From Candidatus Poribacteria bacterium (lineage in GTDB: Bacteria > Poribacteria > WGA-4E > UBA9662), in assembly GCA_036339735.1 (NCBI GenBank), contig JAYZAL010000104.1, forward strand, positions 32,001 through 96,000: a DNA stretch of 64,000 bases. The letters are read 5' to 3'. Made by a program: the position numbers and the translations under genes. Positions 35,230 through 45,245 of the stretch are shown here, piece by piece; position 1 is the first letter of the stretch, and every line of letters begins with the position of its first letter. The notes beneath the pieces are model-generated. The model made no database searches. It was not told where the DNA came from and worked only from the letters and a program-made list of their open reading frames with translations.

Positions 35230-35286
35230 GCGAAACTACTAGCCCCACATTTCAAAAACTGTGTATTGTGGGACTAGTAGTTTCGC
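35230..35286. terminator. Long hairpin between convergent genes (probable terminator)
   Basis: GCGAAACTACTAGCCCCACA / TGTGGGACTAGTAGTTTCGC near-perfect inverted repeat. Confidence 0.7.
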
Positions 35287-35296
35287 CTCATATTAC

Positions 35297-35905
35297 TTAC
35301 TTAGGATCATTCTGAATTAGTCTTTGGTAGTCCTCAGGCGTATCCATATCCTTCAAAATGCTATCGGTATCGACCGGCAAATAGTGAATTTGATCAAAAT
35401 ATTTCTCCAAGATTTCTTTCATACCACGGCCATCCCACTTCAGCGCTAATACTTCATCGATTAACATAGAGTCAAAAATTGCAGGGTGTCCTCTCTGGCC
35501 ATGGTAACTTGGTATGGTAATTGGCAGAGGGGTAGACTGATGAGTATCAATTAATAAATCTATCGTGTTAGTGGCAATTAGTGGTTGATCTACAAGAGTA
35601 AGAGCAAATTCGGTACTACTAGATGATATTTGTTTAAGGGCTGCTTGAACAGAAGTCAGCATTCCAAGTCGATAATCTGGATTATTGATAATTCGCAATT
35701 TTTTGTTACCCAACGCTGCTTCAATCTTTTGGTAAACCAGTTTGCGCTTATGTCCTAAAACCACCAGAACTTCATTCAAAGACGAAGCAAGTAGTGTAGA
35801 AATAACGGTTTCAATTACCGTTTGATTTTTAAAGGGTAATAGCTGCTTGGGCCGTCCCATTCGTGTTGACATGCCAGCAGCCAGTAGTATACCAGTAATT
35901 CTCAC
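35297..35905 (-). CDS. MocA-like molybdenum cofactor nucleotidyltransferase
   Basis: LLAAGMSTRMGRPKQLL, NPDYRLGM, LVDQP, RGHPAIF, DMDTPEDY. Confidence 0.88.
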   Translation of the reverse strand: MRITGILLAAGMSTRMGRPKQLLPFKNQTVIETVISTLLASSLNEVLVVLGHKRKLVYQKIEAALGNKKLRIINNPDYRLGMLTSVQAALKQISSSSTEFALTLVDQPLIATNTIDLLIDTHQSTPLPITIPSYHGQRGHPAIFDSMLIDEVLALKWDGRGMKEILEKYFDQIHYLPVDTDSILKDMDTPEDYQRLIQNDPK

Positions 35906-36175
35906 AACCTAATAATCTAGATAATCTATAGGATACACCCGTTAAGATTAGTTATTGGCTCAGATACTTCTTTTACTGTTCCATTTGATAGGTCTTTTGT
36001 TAGTATGTACTCAGAGTTTATATTAATTCAGTTATGATAATTCCGTGAGAAATTTTCACGGCTGACCAATAGATCGGACGCATACAGGGATCTATATAAA
36101 CTGAGATGTTGGCATGCTAAACAGACATGGAAAGAAATTCTTTCAATGTTTGTTACCTTCAATCAATCTCCCGCA

Positions 36176-36475
36176 CTAAACGGTGTAGTCAAAAACCAAC
36201 ACATCTTCTACCAACGGGCGGATGAACTCTGTTGCTACCAAAAGGTGTTCGGGGTGAGGCAAGTAATTGTCTCGGGCCTTCTCATCCTTAAAACGAACAA
36301 TGAAGCCATAACTGAATCCTTGACTTTTGCCTTCTGGGCTATTATTTACTCCCTGAGTTACCTCAAAAATATCAGGTATCTTATCTTTCATAGAGGATAG
36401 TGCCGAAGATAAATCAGCTAACTGTTGGTCGGTGGTATCAGCCTTAAGTTTGAGTAAAACAATGTGTTCAACCAT
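36176..36475 (-). CDS. Dabb family stress-responsive A/B barrel protein
   Basis: HIVLLKLK, GVNNSPE, YLPHPEH, VLVFDY. Confidence 0.9.
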   Translation of the reverse strand: MVEHIVLLKLKADTTDQQLADLSSALSSMKDKIPDIFEVTQGVNNSPEGKSQGFSYGFIVRFKDEKARDNYLPHPEHLLVATEFIRPLVEDVLVFDYTV

Positions 36476-36566
36476 ATTAAAGAACTCCTTGGTATCGGTT
36501 ACTTATACCGGACATATCTTAATTTAGAAGTACAAAAGTGATAGATTGTTCAAACAAGATTGAACA

Positions 36567-37808
36567 TCAGGTCTGACGCTCAATGCCTTCGGACACATTT
36601 CTATTCCATTGACTTAGTTTAGCTCCTAAGTCTTCAGCACGTGCCGGATATTGATTAACAACATCAGTCGATTCTGCTAAGTCATCAGCCAGGTTGAATA
36701 GTTGCCCATCGTCGATAAATTTCCAATCCCCCTGACGAATACAACTTTGGTTCTTGAATCGCCAAAATAAGGACCGCTCGGGCAAGGCTAACCCCTCTAC
36801 CATCAATGGCCAGAGGTTAACACCATCGAGTTCCATTCGAACTTCAGCTTGTGCTAAGTGAGAAAATGTTGGGAATAGGTCTAAGGTCGTAGCGGTCTGA
36901 CTTGTTACACAACCGGATGGAATTATAGAAGGACAACAAGCAATAGCCGGAACACGGTGTCCTCCCTCCCAAATGGTTCCTTTCTGCCCTCTGAGTCCAC
37001 CAGTAAGCCCTGGGCTAACAGGTCCATTATCAGAACAGAAAAAAAACACAGTTTGACTAGCTAAATCCAGCTCTTTCACTTTAGCCACAATGGCGCCTAC
37101 ACCTTCATCCATTGCTTCCATCATTTCTTTGTATGCCTCTTTTTTGTTTTGTCGGCGACCATGTATTGGATAAGGATTACCAATACTTCTATCCGCTGGG
37201 TCTTTGCGCCCTTGATAAGGATAGTGTGGACATTCATGAGCTAAATAAAGAAAAAATGGGGTGTCAACGTTATTTTCAATAAAAGATAACCCGTACTGAG
37301 TAATCAGGTCGGTAGTGTAACCGAACTCAGATTTTAGGTTCCGGTCTGACCACCAATCAGCTTCTCCAACCTGATCAATATGAGAATGATAATCAATATT
37401 CCCAGAAACAAAACCACGAAACTCGTCAAAGCCAAAATTACACGGATTATACCGGGGGTGATAACCTAAATGCCATTTGCCATAGATAGCAGTGGCATAA
37501 CCAACCTGCTTCAAGATTTGAGCGATTGTAGTCTGGTCTTTTCCTAATCCACGATCTCTGTGACTTTTAGCTGTAATTACCCCCTCAATACCAGAACGTT
37601 GTTGATATCGACCTGTCATTAAAGCCGCACGTGTAGGACTACAAACAGGAGCATTCGAGTGAAAATCAGTGAATTTCAAACCTCCACCAGCTAGTGCGTC
37701 GATGTTAGGAGTCTCGAGATCTGACCCACCATAGCAGCCAAGGTCACCATAACCAAGGTCATCGGCTAAAATCAGGATAATATTGAGAGGTGTGCGTGTT
37801 TTTTTCAA
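36567..37808 (-). CDS. Arylsulfatase-family (S1, formylglycine) sulfatase
   Basis: LADDLGYGD, CSPTRAALMTGRY, GKWHLG, SDNG, EGGHRVP. Confidence 0.95.
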   Translation of the reverse strand: MKKTRTPLNIILILADDLGYGDLGCYGGSDLETPNIDALAGGGLKFTDFHSNAPVCSPTRAALMTGRYQQRSGIEGVITAKSHRDRGLGKDQTTIAQILKQVGYATAIYGKWHLGYHPRYNPCNFGFDEFRGFVSGNIDYHSHIDQVGEADWWSDRNLKSEFGYTTDLITQYGLSFIENNVDTPFFLYLAHECPHYPYQGRKDPADRSIGNPYPIHGRRQNKKEAYKEMMEAMDEGVGAIVAKVKELDLASQTVFFFCSDNGPVSPGLTGGLRGQKGTIWEGGHRVPAIACCPSIIPSGCVTSQTATTLDLFPTFSHLAQAEVRMELDGVNLWPLMVEGLALPERSLFWRFKNQSCIRQGDWKFIDDGQLFNLADDLAESTDVVNQYPARAEDLGAKLSQWNRNVSEGIERQT

Positions 37809-37942
37809 AGCTCTCTTCCAGTGGTCTTTACAATACTTGTCATTTTTTATAGTTGGTGATTAAATATTCTAGTCCTCTGTGATCCCAGAATACTTCCAAA
37901 ATAAAATGTCTCAGGTCAAATTATGTACCATGTATACTTTTT

Positions 37943-39088
37943 TTGCAAAACATTCAGGAGTTTGATAATTTGAAACAAGATGATCCCTCGAAAAATCATA
38001 AAGCTGACCACTTTTCGCAGTTTGCTACTCAAAGTATCCATTCTGGTGAAAATCCAAGCACTTCAGCTCCACCCATTTATCAAGCTGTCACTGTCGATGG
38101 CGTTTACTTACGTTCAGGCAATCCAACTATTGACGCTCTAGAAACTCGTATTACCACATTGGAAGGGGGCACTTCATCCATAGCCACGTCGAGTGGTACA
38201 TCTGCTATTAGCCAAACGCTAACAGCTCTACTTTCAGCAGGAGACCGTATAGTTTGCCACAAGACCATTTATGCTTGGACTAAAGTAATTTTGGATTCTT
38301 ACCTAGCTAAATTTGGAGTGGAAGTCGCCTATATAGATATGCGTGATTTAGAACAGTTACGTCTGGCTTTGGAAAGGCCAACCCGATTAGTCTATTTTGA
38401 GCCAATCACTAACCCAACAGTAGATGTTATCGATACCGAAGCTGTAGCCCGCATCGTTAAAAGGACTGAGGCAATAGTTGTTGTAGATAACACTTACCTT
38501 ACGCCCTACCACTTAAAGCCATTTAACTGGGACATCGATATCGTTATCCACAGCGCAACCAAATATTTATGCGGGCACGGCGACGCATTAGCGGGTCTGA
38601 TTGTTTGCCGAACACCTGAATTTGTCGAAAGAATAGCTCACGTACGCAATGCTTACGGTGGAGTTCTAAGTCCTCAAAATGCTTTTTTAACTCTCAGAGG
38701 TATTAAGACTCTCTCATTAAGGATGAAGCAACATGCAGCCAATGCCCAACAAGTGGCAGAGTACCTAGAAAATCATCCAAAAGTTTCTCAAGTCAACTAC
38801 CCAGGTTTAAAGTCCAACTTGGGATACAAAGTAGCCAAGAGAATGATAATAAACGGATTTGGAGGTATGGTCAACTTTGGTTTGATCAATTCAGCACAAC
38901 AAGAACGTTTCCTTAAGCGAGTTCAACTTTGTAAACCTTGGGTCAGCCTCGGAGACACACAATCGCTCGTAACCGCCGAAAATTTAGGTGGATTGATACC
39001 TGGAGGATATGATCGGATTCGGATGTCAGTTGGTTTAGAATCAATCGATGATATCATTGCTGATATAGAACTTGCCTTAGGTAACTAA
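37943..39088 (+). CDS. PLP-dependent transsulfuration enzyme (cystathionine gamma-synthase/methionine gamma-lyase family)
   Basis: YLRSGNPT, SSGTSAI, EPITNP, VDNT, HSATKYLCGHGD, SLGD, RMSVGLE. Confidence 0.9.
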   Translation: MQNIQEFDNLKQDDPSKNHKADHFSQFATQSIHSGENPSTSAPPIYQAVTVDGVYLRSGNPTIDALETRITTLEGGTSSIATSSGTSAISQTLTALLSAGDRIVCHKTIYAWTKVILDSYLAKFGVEVAYIDMRDLEQLRLALERPTRLVYFEPITNPTVDVIDTEAVARIVKRTEAIVVVDNTYLTPYHLKPFNWDIDIVIHSATKYLCGHGDALAGLIVCRTPEFVERIAHVRNAYGGVLSPQNAFLTLRGIKTLSLRMKQHAANAQQVAEYLENHPKVSQVNYPGLKSNLGYKVAKRMIINGFGGMVNFGLINSAQQERFLKRVQLCKPWVSLGDTQSLVTAENLGGLIPGGYDRIRMSVGLESIDDIIADIELALGN

Positions 39089-39208
39089 CTTAATTGATTA
39101 AGCAAACGATTGGTAATAGCAAGCGTTTACTCGGTGTTTGAATGTTGACAAATAATGAATTCCGTTAAGTTCAATGAAGGTATTACTATTTAAATTTAGG
39201 AGTAGCAG

Positions 39209-40228
39209 ATGGAGATTCGACAGGTCGTCGTTACAGATCAATTAGAAGTGGAATTACAGGCTAGCGAAATAAATACAGAAGGACTTGGTCCTGATGAAGC
39301 TATTATTACTACGGAATATAGCTACATTAGTACTGGAACCGAAATAGCTAATTATTCAGGCCGTGAACCCAAAGTATTTGAAGCTGATCAGTGGTGTACG
39401 TATCCATGGAGGTCAGGTTATGCAAATGTTGGATATGTAGAGGAAATTGGAGCAAATGTTAAGCGAATATCAGTGGGGGACAGGGTGTTCACTTATGGTA
39501 ACCATGCATCTGTTCATCGCTATAATACCCAAAGGTTAGCAGTTGTGGTCCCTGAGGAGATCGAATCTGGTATTGCTGCGGCATCTCGTATGGCTGGTGT
39601 TGCTATGACTGCGCCAATTATGAGTGAAATCGCCAATGATCCATGGGTAATTGTTTTTGGTTTAGGTATGGTTGGTAATTTAGCAGCTCAAGCTTATAAC
39701 ATTTTAGGCTGCCGTGTAATTGGTGTTGATCCAGTTCAGCAACGACGTTCAGTAGCGGAAAAATGCGGAATTTCATATACAGTAGGTGGTGAACCTGATG
39801 AAGTACAAGCACAAATCGAAAATATAACCAATGGTGAACTCGGTAATATTACAGTCGATGCTGTCGGGCACAGCTCCGTCATAATGCAGTCGTTGAAAGC
39901 GACAGCTACATACGGCCAATTAGTAATTCTGGGAACACCGCGTGTCTCGGTAGAGGGCAATTTGACTGACCTACTATCGGAAACTCATTTACGTTGGATC
40001 ACCATTAGAGGAGCACTAGAATGGTGTCTACCCATGTATCCAACCACTCGAAATGCTGAATCTCAATTCAGTAAGCAAAAAACGATCTTTGGGTGGTTGG
40101 CAACTAACCAACTCCAAATCGAGCCTCTTATCTCACATTGCCTAAAACCTGAGCATATCAAGCAAGCTTATGATGGTCTGTTTTACCAACCCGACGTTTA
40201 TACTGGTGTCTTACTGGAGTGGAGCTAA
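39209..40228 (+). CDS. Medium-chain (zinc-type) alcohol dehydrogenase-like oxidoreductase
   Basis: ISTGTE, GYANVG, GDRV, FGLGMVG Rossmann motif. Confidence 0.85.
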   Translation: MEIRQVVVTDQLEVELQASEINTEGLGPDEAIITTEYSYISTGTEIANYSGREPKVFEADQWCTYPWRSGYANVGYVEEIGANVKRISVGDRVFTYGNHASVHRYNTQRLAVVVPEEIESGIAAASRMAGVAMTAPIMSEIANDPWVIVFGLGMVGNLAAQAYNILGCRVIGVDPVQQRRSVAEKCGISYTVGGEPDEVQAQIENITNGELGNITVDAVGHSSVIMQSLKATATYGQLVILGTPRVSVEGNLTDLLSETHLRWITIRGALEWCLPMYPTTRNAESQFSKQKTIFGWLATNQLQIEPLISHCLKPEHIKQAYDGLFYQPDVYTGVLLEWS

Positions 40229-40517
40229 ATAAAAGAGTGTAAGCTAACACATTCAATACTTGATTTCTCGTAGTATTTATGACAAACAAAGGAATATATC
40301 AAGTCGATAAAGAAATCAACTTACGTTTCCATTCATGACATCAAGTTGTCATAGCTGACGGGGCGAAACTAGAGCACAAAATTAAACAGTAATTGTTACA
40401 TGTTATAAATCCATTCAAAAGAAATGATTAGTTTATGATTGATAAATTCAGCTGACTGAGCTAACAATCTAGCCAACAGGGTATGTTAAAATTTAAGGTA
40501 GTCGTCGAAAAGTAGAA

Positions 40518-41381
40518 TTAATCGCGCCCAAATTCTGGTTTTTCGTTTCTAGGGTTGTCTACTGGGCCAAAAGCTTGCCACGCATTATTAAAGTAGCTTT
40601 TTTGATCTGCATTCATGAAAGAAAAAGCCTGATCTGAGGGGCGACGAATTTCTTGACAGTGATAAATAGCCGATCTGTCATTATACTTGTAAAATAGGCC
40701 GTATCGAGGTTCATTATTCTGCCAAGTATTTGCACCATGTGCTAAGGTCTCGGTAAAAATAACTGCTGATCCCTTGGGTGATGCTATATTTTGTACAAGC
40801 GGGCCACCTACTTTGAATAGTTCTGCTCGGTCATCTTCAGGTACACTGAAATCAGATTTGTGCGAGCCAGGGATACAAGCGAAGCCACCATCCTGCTCAG
40901 CGATATCCTGCAAAGTAAAAGATATCACCGTCAATCCGGTGAAAATGCGACTACCCCTCACGTAATAGCGGAAATTTACGCTTCCCCCAGCGTGTCCACC
41001 GTGCATTTCGAAGGGGGGACACCCTTTAGTTCTTACAAAGCTGTAAGCACTTTCCAGACGTAATTTAGAAGAGATGATTTCCTTTAAAACCGATATTGTT
41101 TTGGGATGGTCTATTAAACTTGTAAATGGATTCCCGGCATCTAGTAATGCACCAGTTGAAAACCATGTTCCATTGCTGTCGTAACCATCTGGAGTTTTAT
41201 CCATAGGCTTCATGCGCTCTTTAATTTTTTCGACTGCCAAGTCACACTCTTCCATAGTTAAAACGTTTTCGACTACTAAAAACCCTTGCAAATCGAAAAG
41301 GTACTTCTGGCGTTCTGTCATTTTTAGTTCAGTTGTCATAATCTTTTTCTCTTCATGTATTACTAAGTGATTGGCACTCAA
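40518..41381 (-). CDS. PhyH-like dioxygenase
   Basis: YLFDLQGFLVV, MHGG, GGFACIPGSHKS, FTETLAHG; start uncertain. Confidence 0.85.
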   Translation of the reverse strand: MSANHLVIHEEKKIMTTELKMTERQKYLFDLQGFLVVENVLTMEECDLAVEKIKERMKPMDKTPDGYDSNGTWFSTGALLDAGNPFTSLIDHPKTISVLKEIISSKLRLESAYSFVRTKGCPPFEMHGGHAGGSVNFRYYVRGSRIFTGLTVISFTLQDIAEQDGGFACIPGSHKSDFSVPEDDRAELFKVGGPLVQNIASPKGSAVIFTETLAHGANTWQNNEPRYGLFYKYNDRSAIYHCQEIRRPSDQAFSFMNADQKSYFNNAWQAFGPVDNPRNEKPEFGRD

Positions 41382-41724
41382 ACGAAGTTAATTAGCTCGG
41401 TCTTAGAGAGGAGACCTTATCATACTGAGAAATAACCTTTTTGTAATCCCTCAAACTACAGAAAATTAGGCTGTAATTCCTAGAATTAAATAACAATTAG
41501 TGGTCTTTGTATGATTGGGCTAATTTTTGCTAGGTCTAGGCTCAGATTAGTTTTGAGATGGTAAAATTTCAGTAATTATAAATCAAAACTAGTTTTCTCG
41601 ATACTATTAATGTGCTCTAACAAAACTGGGGCTAATTTGACAGTAAAGCTAACTCTTGTAAATTAAAACGAACGTTATCTTTGTTAAAATTTGGAAAAGA
41701 TTCTTCTTTGTTTAGTGACTATAA

Positions 41725-41754
41725 AGAGCGCCTTACCTTTAGGTAAGGCGCTCT
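41725..41754 (-). terminator. Hairpin terminator after hsp20
   Basis: AGAGCGCCTTACCT-TT-AGGTAAGGCGCTCT perfect inverted repeat 44 nt after the stop codon. Confidence 0.75.
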
Positions 41755-41797
41755 GATCGATTACATCAACGCTGTATTAGATCGTTAGCTTTGTTTA

Positions 41798-42235
41798 CTA
41801 GGAAACTCGAATCTCGATTTCTTTTGGTTTAACTGCTTCAGCTTTAGGAATAACTACGGTAAGTAAACCGTTAGTGAAGCCGGCTCGAGCCAAGTCGGTT
41901 TGTAGATTTGGTGGTAGTGAGATAGCTCGCTGAAAATTACCAAAACGGCGTTCTTTTCGATGAAATGTGGATTCTGAAACTTCGGTATCGACCTTTTCAC
42001 CTTTGATTACTAACACATTATCGGTAATCGTTAGTTTAACCTGGTCTTCTGGCATACCAGCAACTTCTATGGTAATCTCGAACTCGTCATCATTTTCGAT
42101 AATATCAAGTGCAGGCAACCAATCACTTTTTCCGTTATCTTGTTTAAAAGAGCTAAAGGCTAGTGGACTTTGAACAAAGAAATTATCGAATAAGCGGTCT
42201 ATATCGGTTGTCTTCCAAAGGCTAAGTGTTTTCAT
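41798..42235 (-). CDS. Small heat shock protein, Hsp20/alpha-crystallin family
   Basis: WLPALDI, LVIKGEK, ERRFGNFQRAISLP, NGLLTVVIPK, IEI tail. Confidence 0.95.
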   Translation of the reverse strand: MKTLSLWKTTDIDRLFDNFFVQSPLAFSSFKQDNGKSDWLPALDIIENDDEFEITIEVAGMPEDQVKLTITDNVLVIKGEKVDTEVSESTFHRKERRFGNFQRAISLPPNLQTDLARAGFTNGLLTVVIPKAEAVKPKEIEIRVS

Positions 42236-42304
42236 TGTATTTAATTACTCCTACTGGTGGTATTTTTTTGTAAAATCCGTTAACCGGACCATATCTTATC
42301 TATA

Positions 42305-42321
42305 AGCAGGAGATATGCCAA
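42305..42321 (-). promoter_or_regulatory. sigma54 (-24/-12) promoter of hsp20
   Basis: Minus strand TTGGCATATCTCCTGCT fits GG-N10-GC, about 70 nt upstream of the ATG. Confidence 0.65.
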
Positions 42322-42869
42322 AATTTTTCGCCCGATTTATGAAGAAAATGACTTTTCCTCATGTAATTAATGCTTAGATGAGATTGTAACCTGTCAGCTT
42401 ATACCAAAAAAGAAAATGAGACTGCCAAAATGACAGACCGAAAGTCCATTTCTAAACTCATGAAGTAAAAAAGTCTTATTGAAACTGCCTACCAAAGCGA
42501 GACTAAGGCTTTGATCGGTTTCATAATTATGTTTTCATGATTCGAAAACTCAGCCTCCAAAAATTCTTCTTTGCTCTTTAGCAAAAACGCCCTTACTTAA
42601 CCGAAAACCAGCGTTTTTTCGATAGTTACTCAAAAAACGACTCCTATATAAGTAATTCAATATATGAACATTTGGAAAAACAAATGTTACCAATATCTAA
42701 ATCTGGAGTTAGTGAATCATATCTCGTCGTTTAAAAATCTGATATCGCAACCTAAAATTACTTCAGCATTCTGAATTAAAATCAAAAATTATTTGGTCGA
42801 TAGTTAAAAATCCAATTGGCTTCAGGTGTCAATGATTAACCCTGATATTGCTTTCTGGGTAGATTCCTC

Positions 42870-42898
42870 TTGCCAAAAATGTGGACTTTTGATAAAAT
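42870..42898 (+). promoter_or_regulatory. Predicted sigma70 promoter for the 43006 gene and the anmK fusion
   Basis: TTGCCA, 17-nt spacer, TAAAAT with TGn extension. Confidence 0.55.
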
Positions 42899-43005
42899 GA
42901 GTGCGTGGTAATCCGTAGTTGGAGCATCAGGTGTGTTTTTCATATTTAGTATTAAATCGCCTGACACGAAGACGAGATAGTCGGTTGTAGCAGAGGAGTC
43001 GGTAG

Positions 43006-43452
43006 ATGTCAGAAACAGTGCTTTGGGGAATTACAGGTGTGAGCCTAGGTATTGCAGGTACCGTTGGTGTTTTTGTCTTGGTTATGTCGGCTCAATTGGC
43101 TAAAATGGGTCTTAGAATTCGCAATGAAGAAAAAGACCGGAAAAGACTAGTCCAAAATATGCAGGAAGCCACTCGGATTGGTGCGGCCTACGATGCGACA
43201 GTCGCAATTAGAAAGTTCATCGAAGAAGAACAAAAAAAACTACCAGAATTCTTCATCGAAACAGGAGATCCGGATGAGCCGTACATGGAATATGATCTAA
43301 ATTTGGCACGCAGATGGATGAAACCAATTCGTATTCTACTTGAACAAGAATTAGCTCATGGCCAGCATGTAGTTAGTGAATCTGCGGAATCAGGCGGAGA
43401 GCCAGCTCAAGATGACCCCGAAGGCGAGGGTACAACTAACGACGATAGTTAG
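43006..43452 (+). CDS. Hypothetical membrane-anchored protein
   Basis: GAGGAG RBS, N-terminal TM helix, helical middle, acidic tail; 8 nt from the next gene. Confidence 0.75.
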   Translation: MSETVLWGITGVSLGIAGTVGVFVLVMSAQLAKMGLRIRNEEKDRKRLVQNMQEATRIGAAYDATVAIRKFIEEEQKKLPEFFIETGDPDEPYMEYDLNLARRWMKPIRILLEQELAHGQHVVSESAESGGEPAQDDPEGEGTTNDDS

Positions 43453-43460
43453 AGTGAGAA

Positions 43461-45218
43461 ATGTCGGTTACGACCGATAATGTCGTTAGTGAACAGTGGG
43501 TCAAGCCCATTATTGGCCTATTAACGTCTATACCTGATCAAACTGAATCGGTCTATGACGAAGTTATAGCTGAGCTTGGTCCCGTTGATTTTCATACCGA
43601 CTGGATCCCTTTTGAGAGTACGACTTACTACCAAAAGGAAATGGGATCGAAGCTACAACGTCAGTTTATCAGCTTTTCGAATTTGATTGACCCTAGTCAG
43701 TTGGCAGATATCAAGTGTTTGACAAATCGCCTGGAGCAACGCTTTTCTCAGAACAAAAAAAGGCGATTTAATCTAGACCCTGGCTACCTAAGTTCAGCTA
43801 AACTAGTCCTCGCAACAACCAAAAATTTTGCTCATCGCATCTATCTTCACTCGGGCATTTTTGCAGAGATTACGCTTACCTACCGCGGCCGTAGATTCCA
43901 TGCTCAGGAATGGACCTACCCAGATTATCGAACACCTGTTTATTTGCAGATTTTTGAAAAAATTCGGCAGAAATATCTTAATCAGCTGAGTCAAATTTCC
44001 TCTCTGGATTCCACTGATCATAGCTATAGTAACCGACGTTTGAATCTAATAGGAAAGACTCCTAAATATGCCATAGGTCTAATGTCTGGGACGTCGGCAG
44101 ATGGTGTCGATGCGGCTCTGGTTTCAATTAAAGGAAGTGGAAAATCGACTCAAGCTGAGTTGATTTGTTCTATTTGCTATCCCTATCCAGTAGAATTACA
44201 CCAACGTATTTTCAATTTATTCCAAACGGAGCAGAGTCGCGTAGACGAGCTATGCCAAGTTAATTTCTTGGTTGGTCAAATATTTGCTGAAGCCGCAACC
44301 AGAGTAGTAGAAATAGCTAATTTTGATCTGAAAAATATTGACTTTATCGGATCGCATGGGCAAACCATTTACCATCTGCCACCTACGGAAATAGGTACTG
44401 CCTCCACCTTGCAGATTGGTGAATCAGCCGTCATCGCTAATCAGACTAACCTGCCTGTAGTATCCGACTTTCGTGTGGCAGATATTGCTCTAGGTGGCCA
44501 TGGAGCTCCAGTAGTACCTTATGTTGACTTTTTGATTCACCACCAAGACGAAAAGTCGGTTGCATTACAAAATATAGGTGGCATCTCGAACGTAACATTC
44601 ATTCCAAAGAATGCTGGGCCAGAAGACATCATTGCGTTCGATTCGGGCCCAGGTAATATGATCATCGATGCCACTATTGAAATAGTCACCAATGGGCAGA
44701 AGAAATACGATGAGGATGGAATGATGGCTGATCAAGGTCAAGTCAATCAAGGACTTTTGGATATATTATTAAAGCATCCTTACCTGAAGTTACCCCCTCC
44801 TAAATCAACAGGTCGAGAGTCCTTTGGTTGGGCTTTTGCCCAAAAAACCGTAGAGAGTGCTAAAAAATTAGGAATTTCGGATTGTGATCTTTTAGCAACA
44901 GTAACATTCTTCACAACCCAAACAATTGTTAACCATTATCAAGATCATATCCCCTTTTTGATTGACGAAATCCGAGTTAGTGGTGGTGGCAGCCATAACC
45001 GAACATTAATGAAAAACTTATCCACATTAGCCGAAGCTATGTTTAAATCAGTATCAGTGATAGTTGATGAACAACCGGATGCGAAAGAAGCCATTGCTTT
45101 TGCCATTTTAGCCAATGAAACATTAGTCGGACACTGTAGTAACCTGCCAAATGTCACTGGTTCGATTCGCCCAACTATCTTGGGCAAAATTACCCCCGTA
45201 CCTCACAAAATTCTATAA
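43461..45218 (+). CDS. anmK: DUF4416-family domain fused to anhydro-N-acetylmuramic acid kinase
   Basis: N-terminal YYQKEMG...NLDPGY...LATTKNFAHRIYL...WTYPDY (DUF4416-like); C-terminal GLMSGTSADGVD, GSHGQT, DFRVAD...GGHGAP, NIGGISN, FDSGPGN, PKSTGRE, KEAIAFA (AnmK). Confidence 0.88.
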   Translation: MSVTTDNVVSEQWVKPIIGLLTSIPDQTESVYDEVIAELGPVDFHTDWIPFESTTYYQKEMGSKLQRQFISFSNLIDPSQLADIKCLTNRLEQRFSQNKKRRFNLDPGYLSSAKLVLATTKNFAHRIYLHSGIFAEITLTYRGRRFHAQEWTYPDYRTPVYLQIFEKIRQKYLNQLSQISSLDSTDHSYSNRRLNLIGKTPKYAIGLMSGTSADGVDAALVSIKGSGKSTQAELICSICYPYPVELHQRIFNLFQTEQSRVDELCQVNFLVGQIFAEAATRVVEIANFDLKNIDFIGSHGQTIYHLPPTEIGTASTLQIGESAVIANQTNLPVVSDFRVADIALGGHGAPVVPYVDFLIHHQDEKSVALQNIGGISNVTFIPKNAGPEDIIAFDSGPGNMIIDATIEIVTNGQKKYDEDGMMADQGQVNQGLLDILLKHPYLKLPPPKSTGRESFGWAFAQKTVESAKKLGISDCDLLATVTFFTTQTIVNHYQDHIPFLIDEIRVSGGGSHNRTLMKNLSTLAEAMFKSVSVIVDEQPDAKEAIAFAILANETLVGHCSNLPNVTGSIRPTILGKITPVPHKIL

Positions 45219-45245
45219 GGTTGAGAGAAACAAAAACAGGCCGGG

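Noticed and set aside
42480-42525. Imperfect hairpin TGAAACTG...CAAAGC/GCTTTG...CGGTTTCA
   Set aside because: Isolated and weak, with no recognisable motif
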